64,000 nt of DNA from Phoronis australis (lineage: Eukaryota; Animalia; Phoronida). This document shows, one piece after another, positions 11,679-24,350 of this stretch. Below the pieces are notes generated by a model, which was given only the letters and a program-made list of their open reading frames with translations, was not told the origin of the DNA and made no database searches. Position numbers and translations under genes: made by a program. Numbering within the stretch: position 1 is the stretch's first letter; each line of letters starts with the position of its first letter. The stretch is taken from assembly GCA_002633005.1 (NCBI GenBank), contig NMRA01000297.1, positions 108,737 through 172,736 on the forward strand, read 5' to 3'.

Positions 11679-12996
11679 GTATGTTTTTGTATCACATCAT
11701 AACTATCCTTGTTCATGTAGCAAGCATTGTGTTAGCATTGCTTTTCCCAGTCTTTAACTGGTTTCTGTCATTCAGAGCCTCAACATACTGCATAGTTACT
11801 GCAAATCTCACTAAATTTAGGGAGTATGCCACTCACAATTTTTTTTCAAAGTCTAACAGTAAAACTGGACTGCCATTTTTCTAGTTTTCAAAGAGTTACA
11901 AAGTCAATGCTTAAGTTACAAATGATTTGCTCCTCACTAAAGCTTTTCTGATATTTTGGGCTGTTTGTGGATAACAGTTGTTGTTCTTAACTGAAATGAA
12001 CTGCTTCTTACCTCATTCAAATTTCAGCTGCGAAATGGAGTGAGAAGCACTTTTAAATTAGATATCTAGTGTTTGTAAAGACATAACAGTATTCAATTAG
12101 GAAATTAATTTGTTCGAAATATAACAACAATGCATGATTTCACTTAAACTTTGTTGAAAACCTGGTGAATACAGGGTCAATTGTAATAAGAATACTTGTA
12201 GTGTCTTCAGGTGTGCAGCTGTGTAGCAAAACACCCAGAGTTATGACAAACAAACAAATTAAAACACTAGCTATCTTTCGAGACTGTATGTCTCATCATC
12301 AGGCAATAAGTGGAATTAATATCATGCAAAACGAATTTAGCAGTGAGATACACCTGACAGCTGTAAGAGGGGCATACAAGCAGAAATGGTGAATGTATCT
12401 CACGTTAGGAAACCCACAAGCCTAAAGAAACAGTTGTGTTTTCAACGAAGTTTGTGCTAATGAAGGACTGTTACTGAACTGTACTGATTTGACATTAACC
12501 GTGCCCTAAATCACTGTGTATATAAAATTATATTATGCATAATTATATGTATGTAGAGATGATTAAACCACTCAATTCCTGGTGAATTGATCAGGAATAT
12601 ATTGTGAGGTGGTGTGTTTTTTTCAAAAATGAGTGAGCATTTACTGCAAATGTCAGTTTCTGTCAATTTATGAAAAAGTTGCATGTGATAGTCAGGGTTA
12701 TTGGCTACATTCGTTACCAAAAATCAAATTTCTTAATATTTTATGCAACTGTTTAATTCAATTGTAGACCCATAAAAATATAGATATTTAAAGTCCATGA
12801 TTCTTATAGGATATTGTTATGTGTGATGTTGTCTGTAATCAAGTGAGTTTGTTATTTATTGAAAAAAAATCTTGATTTTTTCACAAAGATAAAATTTTGG
12901 CTTAAAACTTGCAAATTATGTTTCTTGATTTATTAATTTTGAACTTACAGTTTGGTACTGAATTTTTACTGATACATTTCTGCCCAATCATTTTAG

Positions 12997-13166
12997 CTGA
13001 CAAAAGTGAAGATGCAGGTGCTGAGAAGAGGTATCAGGAGATTGTGCAGCGCCGTAAACTTGTCGACCTGGCCAAAGCACAAGCCCAAGAGGTGGCGGTA
13101 TTAAGAGCTGAGGTGGAGCGCCTTCGAATGAGAACATTCCCAGCTCTGGTTCAAGTGGAACATTGA
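12997..13166 (+). CDS. CFAP43: CFAP43 terminal coding exon (...RRKLVDLAKAQAQEVAVLRAEVERLRMRTFPALVQVEH*)
   Basis: ttttag| phase 1, ends in TGA; ERLRM.TFPAL is the conserved CFAP43 C-terminus. Confidence 0.95.
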
Positions 13167-13277
13167 GACAACAAATATTCATATGTGGACAATAGCCTGT
13201 GATATTAAAGGATCAAACCAAGAACTTGATGTTCTAGGAGCCCAACATGCCTTTTTCTACTTGTGGTTAACTAGTTA

Positions 13278-13638
13278 AATAAATTGTAAATACACTGATT
13301 TATTAAAGTTTTGTGAGCCGTACCTGTATTGTACCTGTGTTGTACCTGTGTTATAAATATATAAATGACATACTTATGTGATGGAGTCTCAGTAATGTTG
13401 CTTGGAACAGGAGTCACTTGATAACTAAATGGAAAACAATAATGTTCATTTGTCAGTACTGGAAACTTTTTGGAAATCACGGTCCTGTTCAACAATGCTA
13501 CCAGCTTTAATATTGTGTATTTTGTCTATAGTATTTGGTCTTCTAAGAACTTATTGTAATTTTAGTACTTGGTGTGACAGGGCTTCATGAATAACCTGTT
13601 CCCTCGTTTTTGTGTTTTAAAACAGAAATTGAAATAAA
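13278..13638 (+). terminator. Candidate CFAP43 polyadenylation signals
   Basis: AATAAA at 13278-13283 and 13633-13638, downstream of the stop codon. Confidence 0.45.
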
Positions 13639-14499
13639 CTGTAGCAGTGAGTGTCAATAATGCTGTTCACATTGAAACGATTCAATGATACACTGATTGA
13701 AGATTTTGTTGCAAGGTTGAGTGCATGTTCAAAGTTATGAGCATTTTACCACACACTCCTCAAATTACTATATCATTACGTCTGACCACGCCCTGGCTGT
13801 CATTTAGTGCAGTACTCCATGTCTCATCACTGAGTCACTGAAAATATTCATTTTAGTTAATGCGTCAAATATGCAGGCGTTTTCCATATGACACCATAGT
13901 TTTCATTTTGTCGAATAGCTTAGCTCAACTTGGGGTTACTGTAATGTAAATTTGGATAGTCGCACCAGGGACGATGGGTGGCATTTTTCATTTTTTTGGA
14001 TCGATATGGGTGCCATATTAAGCCAATAAGTTCGGAATGACAACTTCTATGAAAGAAATTCCTTTAAGATTTACACAATGGTAGCACGTCTTACTAAATT
14101 CAACGTCTTCTTTTAACTACACTTGCGCACATTTAGGCCGATGCGCCTACATTCGAATGTATGCCTATATTCGGAATCTGGTGTATGCACTTATTAGTGA
14201 ACCAACTGCATGGTTAAAGCCATTCTTGAAATTGATGCTCTGGTGCACACCATCTTTTAAACAAACAGACCGAGATGTCACCCACTTAATGCAGTGAAGA
14301 TTTTGTCAGTGATGTGGCTCACTACGCCATACTTGTAGTTAATATGTAAATCAGATTCAGCAGTTACCTGCGGGAAATTGCACGCTATATACTGGGAGTT
14401 TCCAAAAGTCGTATCCCTCAAAGAGTCACCAAATGAACGATCATTCAAAAGAAGCAACTTACTGGAACCTGATTTTGTAAACTGTGTGCTTTGCATACA

Positions 14500-14780
14500 G
14501 AGGGCAAGTAACCGGGCTGCACGCTTGCGCTGCCGTCTTTGTCTGTGAAGGGCTAACCATCCTGCTGTGCACTTGCACTGCCATCTTTGCCTAGGGATGG
14601 CAGTCATCGGGCGGCTCACTTGCGCCTACGGCTTAGCCTGCAGCTTGTGTTGGATGAGAAGGGAAGTCATCCGGCTGCATGCGCACTCTCGGGTACGGCT
14701 TATTCTGTAACTTGTTCTTGGATGCGAAGGGCAAGTAATTCGGCTGCGCACTGGCGCTGTCGTCATACCCCGCAGCTGGA
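14500..14780. repeat. Degenerate GC-richer tandem repeat
   Basis: Recurrent AGGGCAAGT(A/C)A..CGGCTGC.CAC(T)TGCGC units. Confidence 0.5.
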
Positions 14781-15025
14781 TTTTGAAGTTACAGTCGTAT
14801 TTACATACTCGTATAATTATTTACTTTTTCAGTTACTTAGAAGATTACTTTCACTCTATATTTCATGCATGCGTCCATAATTCTCTGTAATTTCGCTATG
14901 ATTAGCATCAAATTCGTATACCTAAAAGTCCGGGGTATAAATTCAGTAACAAAACGTAACAACTTTTTAAAAAATGGTTGAAATTAAAAGATATGATGTA
15001 ACATATTTACAAGTGACATGCAGTA

Positions 15026-15301
15026 CATGCGCGCACCCAAGCTAAAGCATTGGGGGATTGAATTTTTCGGTGGGCAAACCTTTTAGTGAACGAGGACTAA
15101 AACAGAAGGGGGGCACTAGGTCCATGCCCACGAATTGTGCATCCGCGCCGACTTCCCGTGGGCTTTTGTTGACTTTTGTCTCATTTACTAGAACTTTTTG
15201 TTGCACTGGCGCGGACCTTTTTGCACAATTCGCCAAACTGGGGGGGGGGGGCTAGTTCGAGTCCACCGAGCCCCCCCCCCTTCGATCTGGGTGCCCCCAT
15301 G
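15026..15301. mobile_element. MITE with CATGCGCGCACCCA TIR and 5-bp TSD
   Basis: TSD CAGTA at 15021-15025 and 15302-15306; related copies at 32076, 40784 and 60137. Confidence 0.75.
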
Positions 15302-15309
15302 CAGTACCG

Positions 15310-17610
15310 CGGAGTCTATTACGTAATGGGAGTATGAATGGGGCGGAACCATTATTGGAATTCATGGGACAAATCATAACAAGCGAACTGCTATTTTACT
15401 GCAGTTGGATTTTGAAATGTTTTTAACTATAAACGCATCAGGCGGTAGGTATAATTTGATTAATTGTAAAATTTTTCAGGATAATGCTACGCTGTTTAGT
15501 GTGTATTTCCCAAACGAAATAAGAAAACAACTTGACTCAGTGGAGAGTTTGGGCAACGTAGTACTCAACAATACTCATGATAATAATATTCTATGCGCTG
15601 GTGAATTCAACTGTCCATTACCAGATTTGGACAAATTAGGTAAACTTGATTTTTCTGCAAAATTCTAAGTTATTCAAACAATTTAACAATTTGGATTTGC
15701 AACAACATCTTCAATGTATGGAGGGAAAAATCCTGGTATGATTAAGTACACATGGCGTGACAAAAATGGCATGTCAAAGTAGAATCGGCTATTGGCTGGT
15801 TCCCAGAACGTTCTTGACAAAACAGGTTGACATCATTAACGACTTCGTATTCTTGGACCACTCTGCCGTAATATTGACTGATACCTGCTATGGGTTGTCA
15901 TGGGGATGTGCAAAACATGAATTGTGATGTGGCAAACAATTAAGAAAAAGTTGAATTTCATACTGATATTTCACATTGTGTCACAATATAGAATTGAGGG
16001 AGAGCTGTCATTGAATGTTGTAGTAGAATACTAGAATAACTCGACTTAGTAGCAGCGTTGTGTTGTGTGGACTGTCTCGGTCCGCCAGGGAGATGGTTGT
16101 ATTCAGTAACTAAGTGTGGAACACTCAATTACACTAGTAAAGCAACTGGGAGTTAAGCAAGATGAGGACTTGCATTATTAGACAAGTGAATGGATTTATA
16201 TACAAGTTACAAATATGTGGGTTGCATGCACGAAACTTTACGATTCAAGATCCTACAGGGAATAACAGGAGGAAACTCTAAAACTTTCACAAGAATCATT
16301 TGAACTATTCTGTTGTGTTTGCCATACATGTATATGGTAATAGTCAGCTGTAACAAGGCAATGATTCTGTGAATGCCGGGTGAGAATTTTACGCGTTTGA
16401 CACGCTGTAATACGCGTCAAAATTGCCACGCTAGCGTGTAAAACGTGTAATGACATGCTAGCGTGTCAAACGTGTAAAATTTTACACGTTAGCGTGTCCA
16501 ACGTGTAATAACGTGCCACGCTAGCGTGTCAAACGTGTAAAATTTGCCACGCTAGTGGGTCAAACAGGTAAAATTTGCCACGCCAGCATATCAAACGTGT
16601 AAAATGTGACACGGCAGCGTGTCAAACGTGTAAAATTTGACACGCTGGCGTCCAATAGCTTCCGAAGATGTGAGTAGCCGAAACTGTCAAGGTACAGCGT
16701 TTTTGCTTGGTTATGTCATTAAGAATTAATCTATGTGTTCTGTACCAACCTTATTTAGTGAATGATGAATTTATTCTTACTCAGCATGCTGAGGAGACAA
16801 CTCGGCGTAATTTGGAAGCTATTGTGGAAGTTCTGAGTAAATATGCAAAAATGTCCGGTTCGAGGTTAAACTATACCGAAACAAATGTTATTTGGATGGA
16901 CAGTAAAAAAGTCTGTAAAGATGTTTTCCATCATGCAAGATGGAAGTTAGAATGGGGCATAACCGAATGTAAGATGCTAGGTATCAATTTCAGTGTTAAA
17001 AATTATTGAAGTCGATTACATTGAGAAGTGTAGTTAATTAATACATACATGCACGGCCAAAAATTCCCTTTTAATATCCGAATTTTAAACTACACGTCAG
17101 TATGTAAAATGGTGTATGGAATTATTTGCTAAGATATAAGTTTGCCTATTGCCCAAAAAGATTTCAAGAGGAAGGGTATAACTTTGAAAGTGACGAGTGG
17201 AAAAAATTGTGTTGTCACTTTGTGTACACTACATTTTAAAGTTACAAAGAATACTTGCGACGAACTCTTTTCTTAAAAAAAATAATTTCGTGGACTCTCA
17301 TTTATGTACGTTCTGTTGACAAAAGATGTTATATATCCGAAAATTTCAGTGGTCCATTTTTGTTGTTTTATTTACGTATATTGATTTTACTTTTCGACAC
17401 ACGTGTATCCGTTAGAGGATCTGGATCGCCTCTTTTAGTTTCAGATTTTGTTTTCTTTCGTTATTGAACTACTCAAAAATCTTAATTGTGCCATCTGTCT
17501 TGCTCCAAATTTTCAAGAAATTGGTAAACTTTAAGTTGTATTTCACTTTTCCAGAAAGCTTCTGGTTTTAGCTTTGAATGTTAAAGATATATTTCATAGA
17601 CTAGCGATCT
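15310..17610 (+). mobile_element. Decayed L1/Tx1-type LINE ORF2 fragments (APE endonuclease and RT), interrupted by other insertions
   Basis: GRYNLI.C, VYFPN, AGEFNCPL, KYTWRDK and DHSAV (15350-15870); SGSRLNYTETNVIW and KMLGINFS (16800-17005); stops and frameshifts. Confidence 0.75.
16383..16652. repeat. ~31-bp minisatellite
   Basis: ACGCTAGCGTGTCAAACGTGTAAAATTTGCC units, ~8 copies. Confidence 0.9.
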
Positions 17611-20600
17611 AAATAGAAGTAACAAAATCAATTCCCACACACTCGTCTCGAAGATTCCCTTGTTGCGATTGGAAGAAATTAAAAGGCCACTTGTCATTGC
17701 CTTAAAGAGTCTCATTTTTAACGGGTTGGGGGCGGGGGGGGGGGGGNNNNNNNGGGGCAGAATATGTCAAAAGTTTTTGAAACTCATTGTTCATGCTGAC
17801 ACATTGGATGACACGTTCAGTCATGGTGTGCACACGTTTGAAATGTCATTATTTTGTGTCTTTGAGTGACCTGTTTCAGTTTAGATGTTGAAGCAATCAA
17901 GAAATATCCTATTTTAAGAGGACTGCTTAAGACAATTTACAGTGAATCACACAGCTGCAGACTCACGCCCAGCTTATCTTTACATCAGTGTCGTCCAAAG
18001 GCGCCCTAAAGAGTGCTTTTCAACTTTTCAAACATAAGCCATGTTACTGAAACTGGATCACCCATTGCTTCAATTAATTAGTCATTTTTGTGTCTTTCCT
18101 TTTCATAACAGAGAATTTTCGTAAAACCGTGTTCTCTCACCGTAAGACATTTTCTGGAAATTAGTCCTTGGCAAACAGATGGTACGCATGTACTAAAACT
18201 ATTTTTATTTTTTTATCTTATTGACCTTGACCAAGGTTCGCACATCACTGCGCCCCGCAAACGTCAGTTGTCGGTCAACCTCTTCTCGGCTCAGAACAAG
18301 CGAAGATCTAAATACTACGCTGCAATATGAGCGATTGCGGTGAGCTTATTACCTGCACAAAATGTTTGTTGAGAAGATAACCAGGGCTTGTTTCGTTGTG
18401 TGTGTGTGCGCGTGAGTGTGAGCGGGTGTGTGTGCGTGCCCGTGTGTATAATACATGCGTCAGTGCGCTATGCGGCCAGATGCGCCTAGTTCAGACGGTT
18501 CATGCCCATGTAGCGTGTGCTGCGGTGTGAAGTTATAAACCTGGAGAGGTTGAGGCGATGGGTAAATTGACAAAAACAGTCGATCAGCCTAATGCCTGCA
18601 TTTTATTCTACTCCACACGATCCACTGTCGTATACAATACACTCTAACTGTGAGGTTTTGAAATATGGTGTGGCTGTCTGCCTGACTACGTCACATTTTG
18701 CTGATCGTGTGTGTAGGTCAGGGTTGGATGTCTGGCCTGATTATGTTCATGTTGGCCTCCCTCAAGGAATGTTCTGACAAAGAGTCACGGATTTTGTATT
18801 ACTGGCCTTCCTGACACCATCCACCCCGAATTTTTCTTATATGCCGGTGTTACCGCAGTCTTGTTTCCTAATCTGATAAGAATAATCATGGCTACTCATT
18901 GCAAATACTCTGAGGTAGATCAACTGTGTCCTCGTGGGCATGGAATTAATTAATTTCAAGCTTAAAACAATTCCTCAAATCTAACAAATCCTTTTTCAGT
19001 TTACACTGACCCCCATTTTGACCCCAGCCATTGGACGGCTGTTTGAATTGCGGCATTTTGCAGTCGCACATACACTTCATAAGTCCGTTTAATCATACCG
19101 AGGAATCATTAAAATCATTTTTCAAATAGATGGCTCTTTGACTACAACGAACAACTGAGGTCTGGCAGAACACAATTCCTCCATCCTGCAGTCAATCCTT
19201 CACGAGAACAACGCTTCCACAACTTGAATTCTCTTGAATACGTTTGCATATCACGAATTGTGCGTTTGTTTAGAACAGCAGCACAGAGTAGTGGGAAGTT
19301 GTACAGGCTGTCTATAAACCTCGCTATTCAAGCCCGCCCGTAGACTTATCTCCACTGGACTGCCGGTTTTGCTGCCTGTGGTTTACCAGGTACGAAAACG
19401 GAGATGTTCGGTACGCAGTACAAAAAAGTAGTGGAAGACATTATGTTGTAGTGGGCTGTCATAACAACCAGAAGAAGCTATACGCGTGGAAGTAATCAAT
19501 TTGTAGGGAACATGGCGAAAAACGTCAAGATTGCCCGTGTTTGCCGCCGTTCAAGATGTTTTGTATTCCCAAGAACTAAATAAGCGGGAGAGAATGGTTA
19601 CGTGCAATAAATAGAAATCAGTGCGATAAAAATTAAACACTTCTCTGCAATTTAAGAAAGGTGGGTCAAGTGTAACTTTGTGCTTAAAATACAATGTTGA
19701 CAGTTCTCAAACATTGATGACAGCCGAGTGAGTAGATAACTGACTGAGTAACAAACCTGGTGTGGAGGTGAGCAGAACTACAGACTAAAATATATGAACA
19801 AGTCCTACATTTATAACAATGCGAGGTGGTTCAAATCGCTTTTTAATATGATTTGCGAGTTGATATCGTACCGGGATGGCGACCGGGTGCAAACCTTTTC
19901 CACTCCTATATGTATTATTGAGAGAAAAATAAACGTTTTGAGGACCGTTTTATGAAGTTTGTGTCAGATAAGATTTGAAATTTCCGTTGTTAGTGTTAAG
20001 TGTGAATATTTAGACACCGGGTATAAAATACAAAGAATTATACTGTTCGCGTTATCGCCATCTATTGTGGTTATTCGAGACTAGGAGATAAGTCATATGT
20101 TTTTCTCACTACTGTGAAATGTGTGCATGTATTAGGAGTCGGGAGTATGACAGGAATTTAAATAACTTGTGAAGGTGTTCATATTGATGTGTATTGTTGA
20201 AACACAATTTAACCAAAATGTTACCACTGCCAAGTATAAGCACCGCCCCCACGAACTCATATGGCATGAAAAGAGTCACCGGTCGGCATTGCGTATTCAA
20301 GTCTCGAGTCCTTCCCGAACGCATGTTCTGCCACCCAACTCACACATAACAACATATTGTTTTGAAGCAGCTTCCAGAGTGTTATCGCCAAATCATTATC
20401 AAAATTTCACAGTGTCAAAGCAATGCACCTGGTATTTTTATCTCATCCAGGGACTACTTGAAAAGTGCCATAAGAAAAGGTAGGTCAATGTCGACGCGAC
20501 GTCGTTAGCCGGTTCGATCATCAAACTTTCCCAAAATAGTTTAAAGTAATAAAATTGTAGCATTATAAATAACACTCAGCATGTAATCCGGTCCCAAAAG

Positions 20601-20641
20601 TAATATCTGGTACAAAAATGTTAATTATATGACACTCAGTT

Positions 20642-20714
20642 CATGGGCGGTGCAGCACTCAGTGAAAAAAGTGGGGCTATAGTCCACCCAGCCCCCTATG
20701 GTGCGCCGCCCGTG
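20642..20714. mobile_element. ~75-bp micro-MITE (CATGGGCGGCGCA TIR)
   Basis: Same family as 21279-21354 and 45334-45408; flanks CAGTT/TAGTT. Confidence 0.7.
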
Positions 20715-21039
20715 TAGTTTCATTTGCTAAATATTTCATCGTCTGCAACCCAGGCGCCGATTCCTCGGTAACTACAATGTTAAATATTATTGTTATTTAA
20801 TTATGTTCAAGAAATATTACAAGTTCAATGCACAATTACCGTTATTTTCATCTCTTTTCAAATAATAAATCGTTACATTTAAAACTGTTTCTTTTATTTG
20901 AGAAAATTTGTAACCTAATGCGCAAGTAGATACATATAGGATGTGATCCGTCACGTGAACAGTCTGGGTGAAGTATTTAAAAATCTGCCGAAAAAATGGA
21001 ACAAATTTAGGAATTCGAAGCGTATGGGATAAAAACTAT

Positions 21040-21160
21040 TACAGACACTCGGTAGACGTCTTGAATTACAAACCAATACCCACACTAGAAGACGTCTTGA
21101 ATTACAAACCAATACAGACACTGGAAGACGTCTTGAACTACGAACTATTACAGACGCTCT
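21040..21160. repeat. 36-bp tandem repeat, 3+ units
   Basis: TACAGACACTGGAAGACGTCTTGAATTACAAACCAA; a single unit at the paralogous site ~39420. Confidence 0.85.
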
Positions 21161-21278
21161 CCTACAGTTTTTTACTCCTACATCATTTTCTTTTAAATGG
21201 TGTCCTAATGGTTGGTTTTACAAACCTTTGGCAATTGATTATGATATACTATACAAATCATTTTTAAGCGTTTTGTGA

Positions 21279-21354
21279 TATGGCGGCGCACCATAAGGGC
21301 CTGGGGGGCTATCGTCCCCCCCCTCCCACTTATTTCAGTGCTGCGCCGCCCATG
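21279..21354. mobile_element. ~75-bp micro-MITE copy, inverted relative to the 20642 copy
   Basis: TATGGCGGCGCACCATAAGG...CAGTGCTGCGCCGCCCATG. Confidence 0.7.
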
Positions 21355-21436
21355 ATGAAAACAACGTGCCCTTTACATTTCTCAAACTGTACTTATTACC
21401 AATCAAAGGCGGTACGTCCCGTATACGCTCTTATGT

Positions 21437-21470
21437 ATGATGACCGGTAATATTGCTGTATGGTGCCTAG
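21437..21470 (+). CDS. Candidate first coding exon of the PhyH-family gene (MMTGNIAVWCL)
   Basis: ATG...CTA G|GTGAGT is a perfect donor in phase 1, matching the next exon across a 60-nt intron; an alternative candidate is 18112-18181. Confidence 0.45.
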
Positions 21471-21530
21471 GTGAGTCAGCCCTTGTGATGGGCCTGTCGT
21501 AACGTACACCTTGACCTTGATTGTTCATAG

Positions 21531-21664
21531 CAGGACCAAAGACCCGTTACCCTGCTGAAACAGACGAAGCGCACCCGGAAGTGTTTACTATTCCACCGCG
21601 ACAACCGGAAGAGAAGAAGCCTGGTCAATTGACTCCTGATCAAGTGAAAGACTTTTTTGAAAAG
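21531..21664 (+). CDS. PhyH-family dioxygenase exon (GPKTRYPAETDEAHPEVFTIPPRQPEEKKPGQLTPDQVKDFFEK)
   Basis: TAG/CAG NAGNAG acceptor, |gtacaa donor; LT.DQV..F.E.G N-terminal PhyH motif. Confidence 0.85.
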
Positions 21665-21961
21665 GTACAATTGAAAAAGTAGAAGCTTGTGCGGAGTAGT
21701 CAGGAAACGGGCTTACTTACAGTGTATTCGTTAAATTCATAATGTTGTTATACCTGTAGCTTTGGCACGAATTTTCATTAGCAGTGTATGCTGTCACGCA
21801 TTGTCTTGTACAATGCAATGAATTGTTCATCCATTACATCTGGCCTATGCTCATATAATATCATATAAAGAAATATTATGTGATTTATATACCTTTAAAA
21901 GTAATTCGAATTCTCTAGAATCTTTTGATGGGATGCTTATATCTAAATGTGCTTCCTACAG

Positions 21962-22079
21962 GGCTTTGTTCTTGTCCCCGACTTCTTCAAACCGGAGGAA
22001 CTTGACGCGGCGAGAGCAGCTGTGGTTGAAATGGTTGATGAATTCGCAAAATGGTTGCACAAGAATGGAAAAATACCCG
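21962..22079 (+). CDS. PhyH-family exon (GFVLVPDFFKPEELDAARAAVVEMVDEFAKWLHKNGKIP)
   Basis: ctacag|...|gtatga, phase 0/1; G(F/Y)V.V...F...E start of the PhyH domain. Confidence 0.9.
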
Positions 22080-22335
22080 GTATGAACACCACCGAGTCCA
22101 GTCGTTATTACGTAGTCAAAACTGTCAGAAGTATGCTGAACTTGAAAACGTGACACTGCTTTTTTAATAACCGGTATGAAGACTACTGAATCCCGTCGTT
22201 GTTATGTAGTCAAAGCTGTCAGAACTCACGATGCTGAACTTGAAAATACCTGGTATGGTCACTACTGAGTCCCGCCCTTATTACATGTATGTAGTCAAAA
22301 CTGTCAGGACTCGATGATGCTCATCTTGAAAACTG
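22068..22335 (+). repeat. Three ~80-95 bp tandem copies spanning the exon donor
   Basis: AATACCCG|GTATGA (22080), AATAACCG|GTATGA (22174) and AATACCTG|GTATGG (22253), each followed by GTAGTCAAAACTGTCAG...CTTGAAAA. Confidence 0.85.
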
Positions 22336-22425
22336 ACTCCGCTTGTTTACCTCTTATCAGATTTTCCTTTTAGTCAACGAGGGGCAGAAATTTGAATGAT
22401 TCCAAAATAAGATTTGTTTTTATAG

Positions 22426-22529
22426 AACTATTCAATGAATACGGATTCGAGGAGCGTCTGACACACATAGACAACGCCTTCCCTGGATCTGCAGCTATAC
22501 TGAATAAGAAACAAGGATATCTGAAGCAG
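22426..22529 (+). CDS. PhyH-family exon (LFNEYGFEERLTHIDNAFPGSAAILNKKQGYLKQ)
   Basis: ttatag|...|gtaatt, phase 1/0. Confidence 0.88.
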
Positions 22530-23402
22530 GTAATTAGATCTAGTGTAGATCAGTGATGTTCCGTGAATGTCTTGGTGCGTTCAGATTCAATATCAATTGA
22601 CTCCATTCGTAAATGTCTAACCTAAAAATCATGCATTTTATTACCACATCTGCCAAAACTTTACTATGGGACATCCTTTAACTCGACGCAATGGAAAGTC
22701 ACTATTTATCTCAGTAACCAACATCTTCAAGAAATTTATCTGAAAGCGGGTGCATGCCAGATTTTGTTCTTGCAAGCTGTTTCGTTTCTTTGTCTTTGTG
22801 TGGCAGTATATACATACTGCACGACAATTGTCACATAATGTGATTTTCATAGTATATTCTGATTTTGAAACAACACGGGAGTTTTAAGACTTGAGAGTAC
22901 GCAATGTGTAGGCTACTGGTGACTGATGACGTCTGTTGGGTGGTGAATGTAATCGCTACTGGTGACTAGTGCCGTCTGTTGGGTGGTGCATGCAGTCGTT
23001 AAATTGTAAGCCTAAACAAACTTTGCTCATTCTACATTGAAATACTACCCTTGACACCACAGCTGCCGTTGCTTTGTTCGCCAGAGGACAATTGTATTTT
23101 TCCATTAAAATCTCACATTTTTTTCATTAACGTCTCCTATAAATACTGACATCAATTTTTCCTAACTCTGGAGAATAGCGACTTCTGGACTTGGAAACAA
23201 CTCATGGGTCGTTTGCCTGAAATCATGTTCAGCGCACAAAGTGACCCAGTACGTAACGGACTACCTACATGTAACTGAATCATGCATAAATAATGTATTG
23301 TAAGTTCTTCCTAAGTTCAGAGGTCGCATCTAAATGTGCGGAAAATTCGAGACTGGTTTCACAATTGCAACTGATTCGTCAAAACTTATCGTTTTGTTAC
23401 AG

Positions 23403-23544
23403 GCCTTGCGTGACTTGTGGACAAACCCGCGACTGTTAAACGCAGTTGAACAACTGATTGGTCCCGACATCGCTGGACACCCAGTATGGAACCTGAGAAC
23501 TAAGAAACCACATCTCGAGTACGCTGTTGTACCTTGGCATCAAG
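23403..23544 (+). CDS. PhyH-family exon carrying the Fe-binding HxD (ALRDLWTNPRLLNAVEQLIGPDIAGHPVWNLRTK...VPWHQ[D])
   Basis: ttacag|...|gtaaga, phase 0/1; WHQD motif completed by the next exon. Confidence 0.93.
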
Positions 23545-24130
23545 GTAAGAAGTATCAAGTTGTTGGGTGGGCATATTTACTTTCGTACTGTCTCACCTTA
23601 CCTATGGTAACTTAATCACAAACATCTGCTATCTCTCACATATACACAGGATTTATGTATTCTTGCAGATCTACAAAATTAATCATTTATATATGAGCCT
23701 CCTACTAAAAAACTACTAAAAAACTCGCGTGTGCCTACATTCGCTACATTAAGGTCGTTGATAGTGTGTCCCAGGAGATTGAAATGAACTCCAATGGGGA
23801 CTGTCCTGTTGTACAGGACCGTCTGTCTATGGCCATTAATTCTCGTACGTACGATTACTTTAAGGCGGGTTGCCGGACATCCACTGGCAGACAAAGTGTG
23901 AGGCCGAGTTCATTGCCAGATTCAATACCCATGCCAAAGGTTTAAACAGATAAATAGGTTTTCTACGTCACTACAATAGACTACTGAGACTGCAGTAGTT
24001 ACAAACCCATTTCTCCTTAGGCCCTTGCTCTTATCATGCGTACCCCCACTGTTTCTTGTCATGGCCCATATTTTTCCTATTGCATGTTATGCATCACCAT
24101 GCGACCATCTGTACTACAATCTGTTTCTTG

Positions 24131-24165
24131 TCCTTGATAAAGAGCGCACCGCTCGAAACGTAGGG
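24131..24165 (+). ncRNA. Minimal hammerhead-ribozyme variant motif of the Penelope-associated type
   Basis: CC-TTGATAA-A-GAGCG-cac-CGCTC-GAAAC-GTA-GG: variant core, perfect stem II, GAAAC and GUA triplet. Confidence 0.55.
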
Positions 24166-24255
24166 AACATTTTATTATAGTTTAGTACCGACACTCGTCG
24201 TTTTACTTTATAGTGTTTTACGTTCCTTTCTAAGTACATTTCCCATTTCGTACAG

Positions 24256-24350
24256 ATGTCGGTTACCTTGACAACGATTCCTACAAAGTGTTACAACCTG
24301 CAGCGTGGATACCGCTGGTGGACGCTACAGAGGAAAACGGTTGCATGGAG
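24256..24350 (+). CDS. PhyH-family exon (DVGYLDNDSYKVLQPAAWIPLVDATEENGCME)
   Basis: gtacag|...|gtagga, phase 1/0; WIPL.DAT.ENGC motif diagnostic of PhyH. Confidence 0.94.

Noticed and set aside
17730-17757. G-run as a G-quadruplex element
   Set aside because: Spans an N gap, so the homopolymer length is unreliable
18888-18914. ATG...GAG|GTAGAT as the PhyH first exon
   Set aside because: Ends in phase 0, incompatible with the phase-1 start of exon 21531
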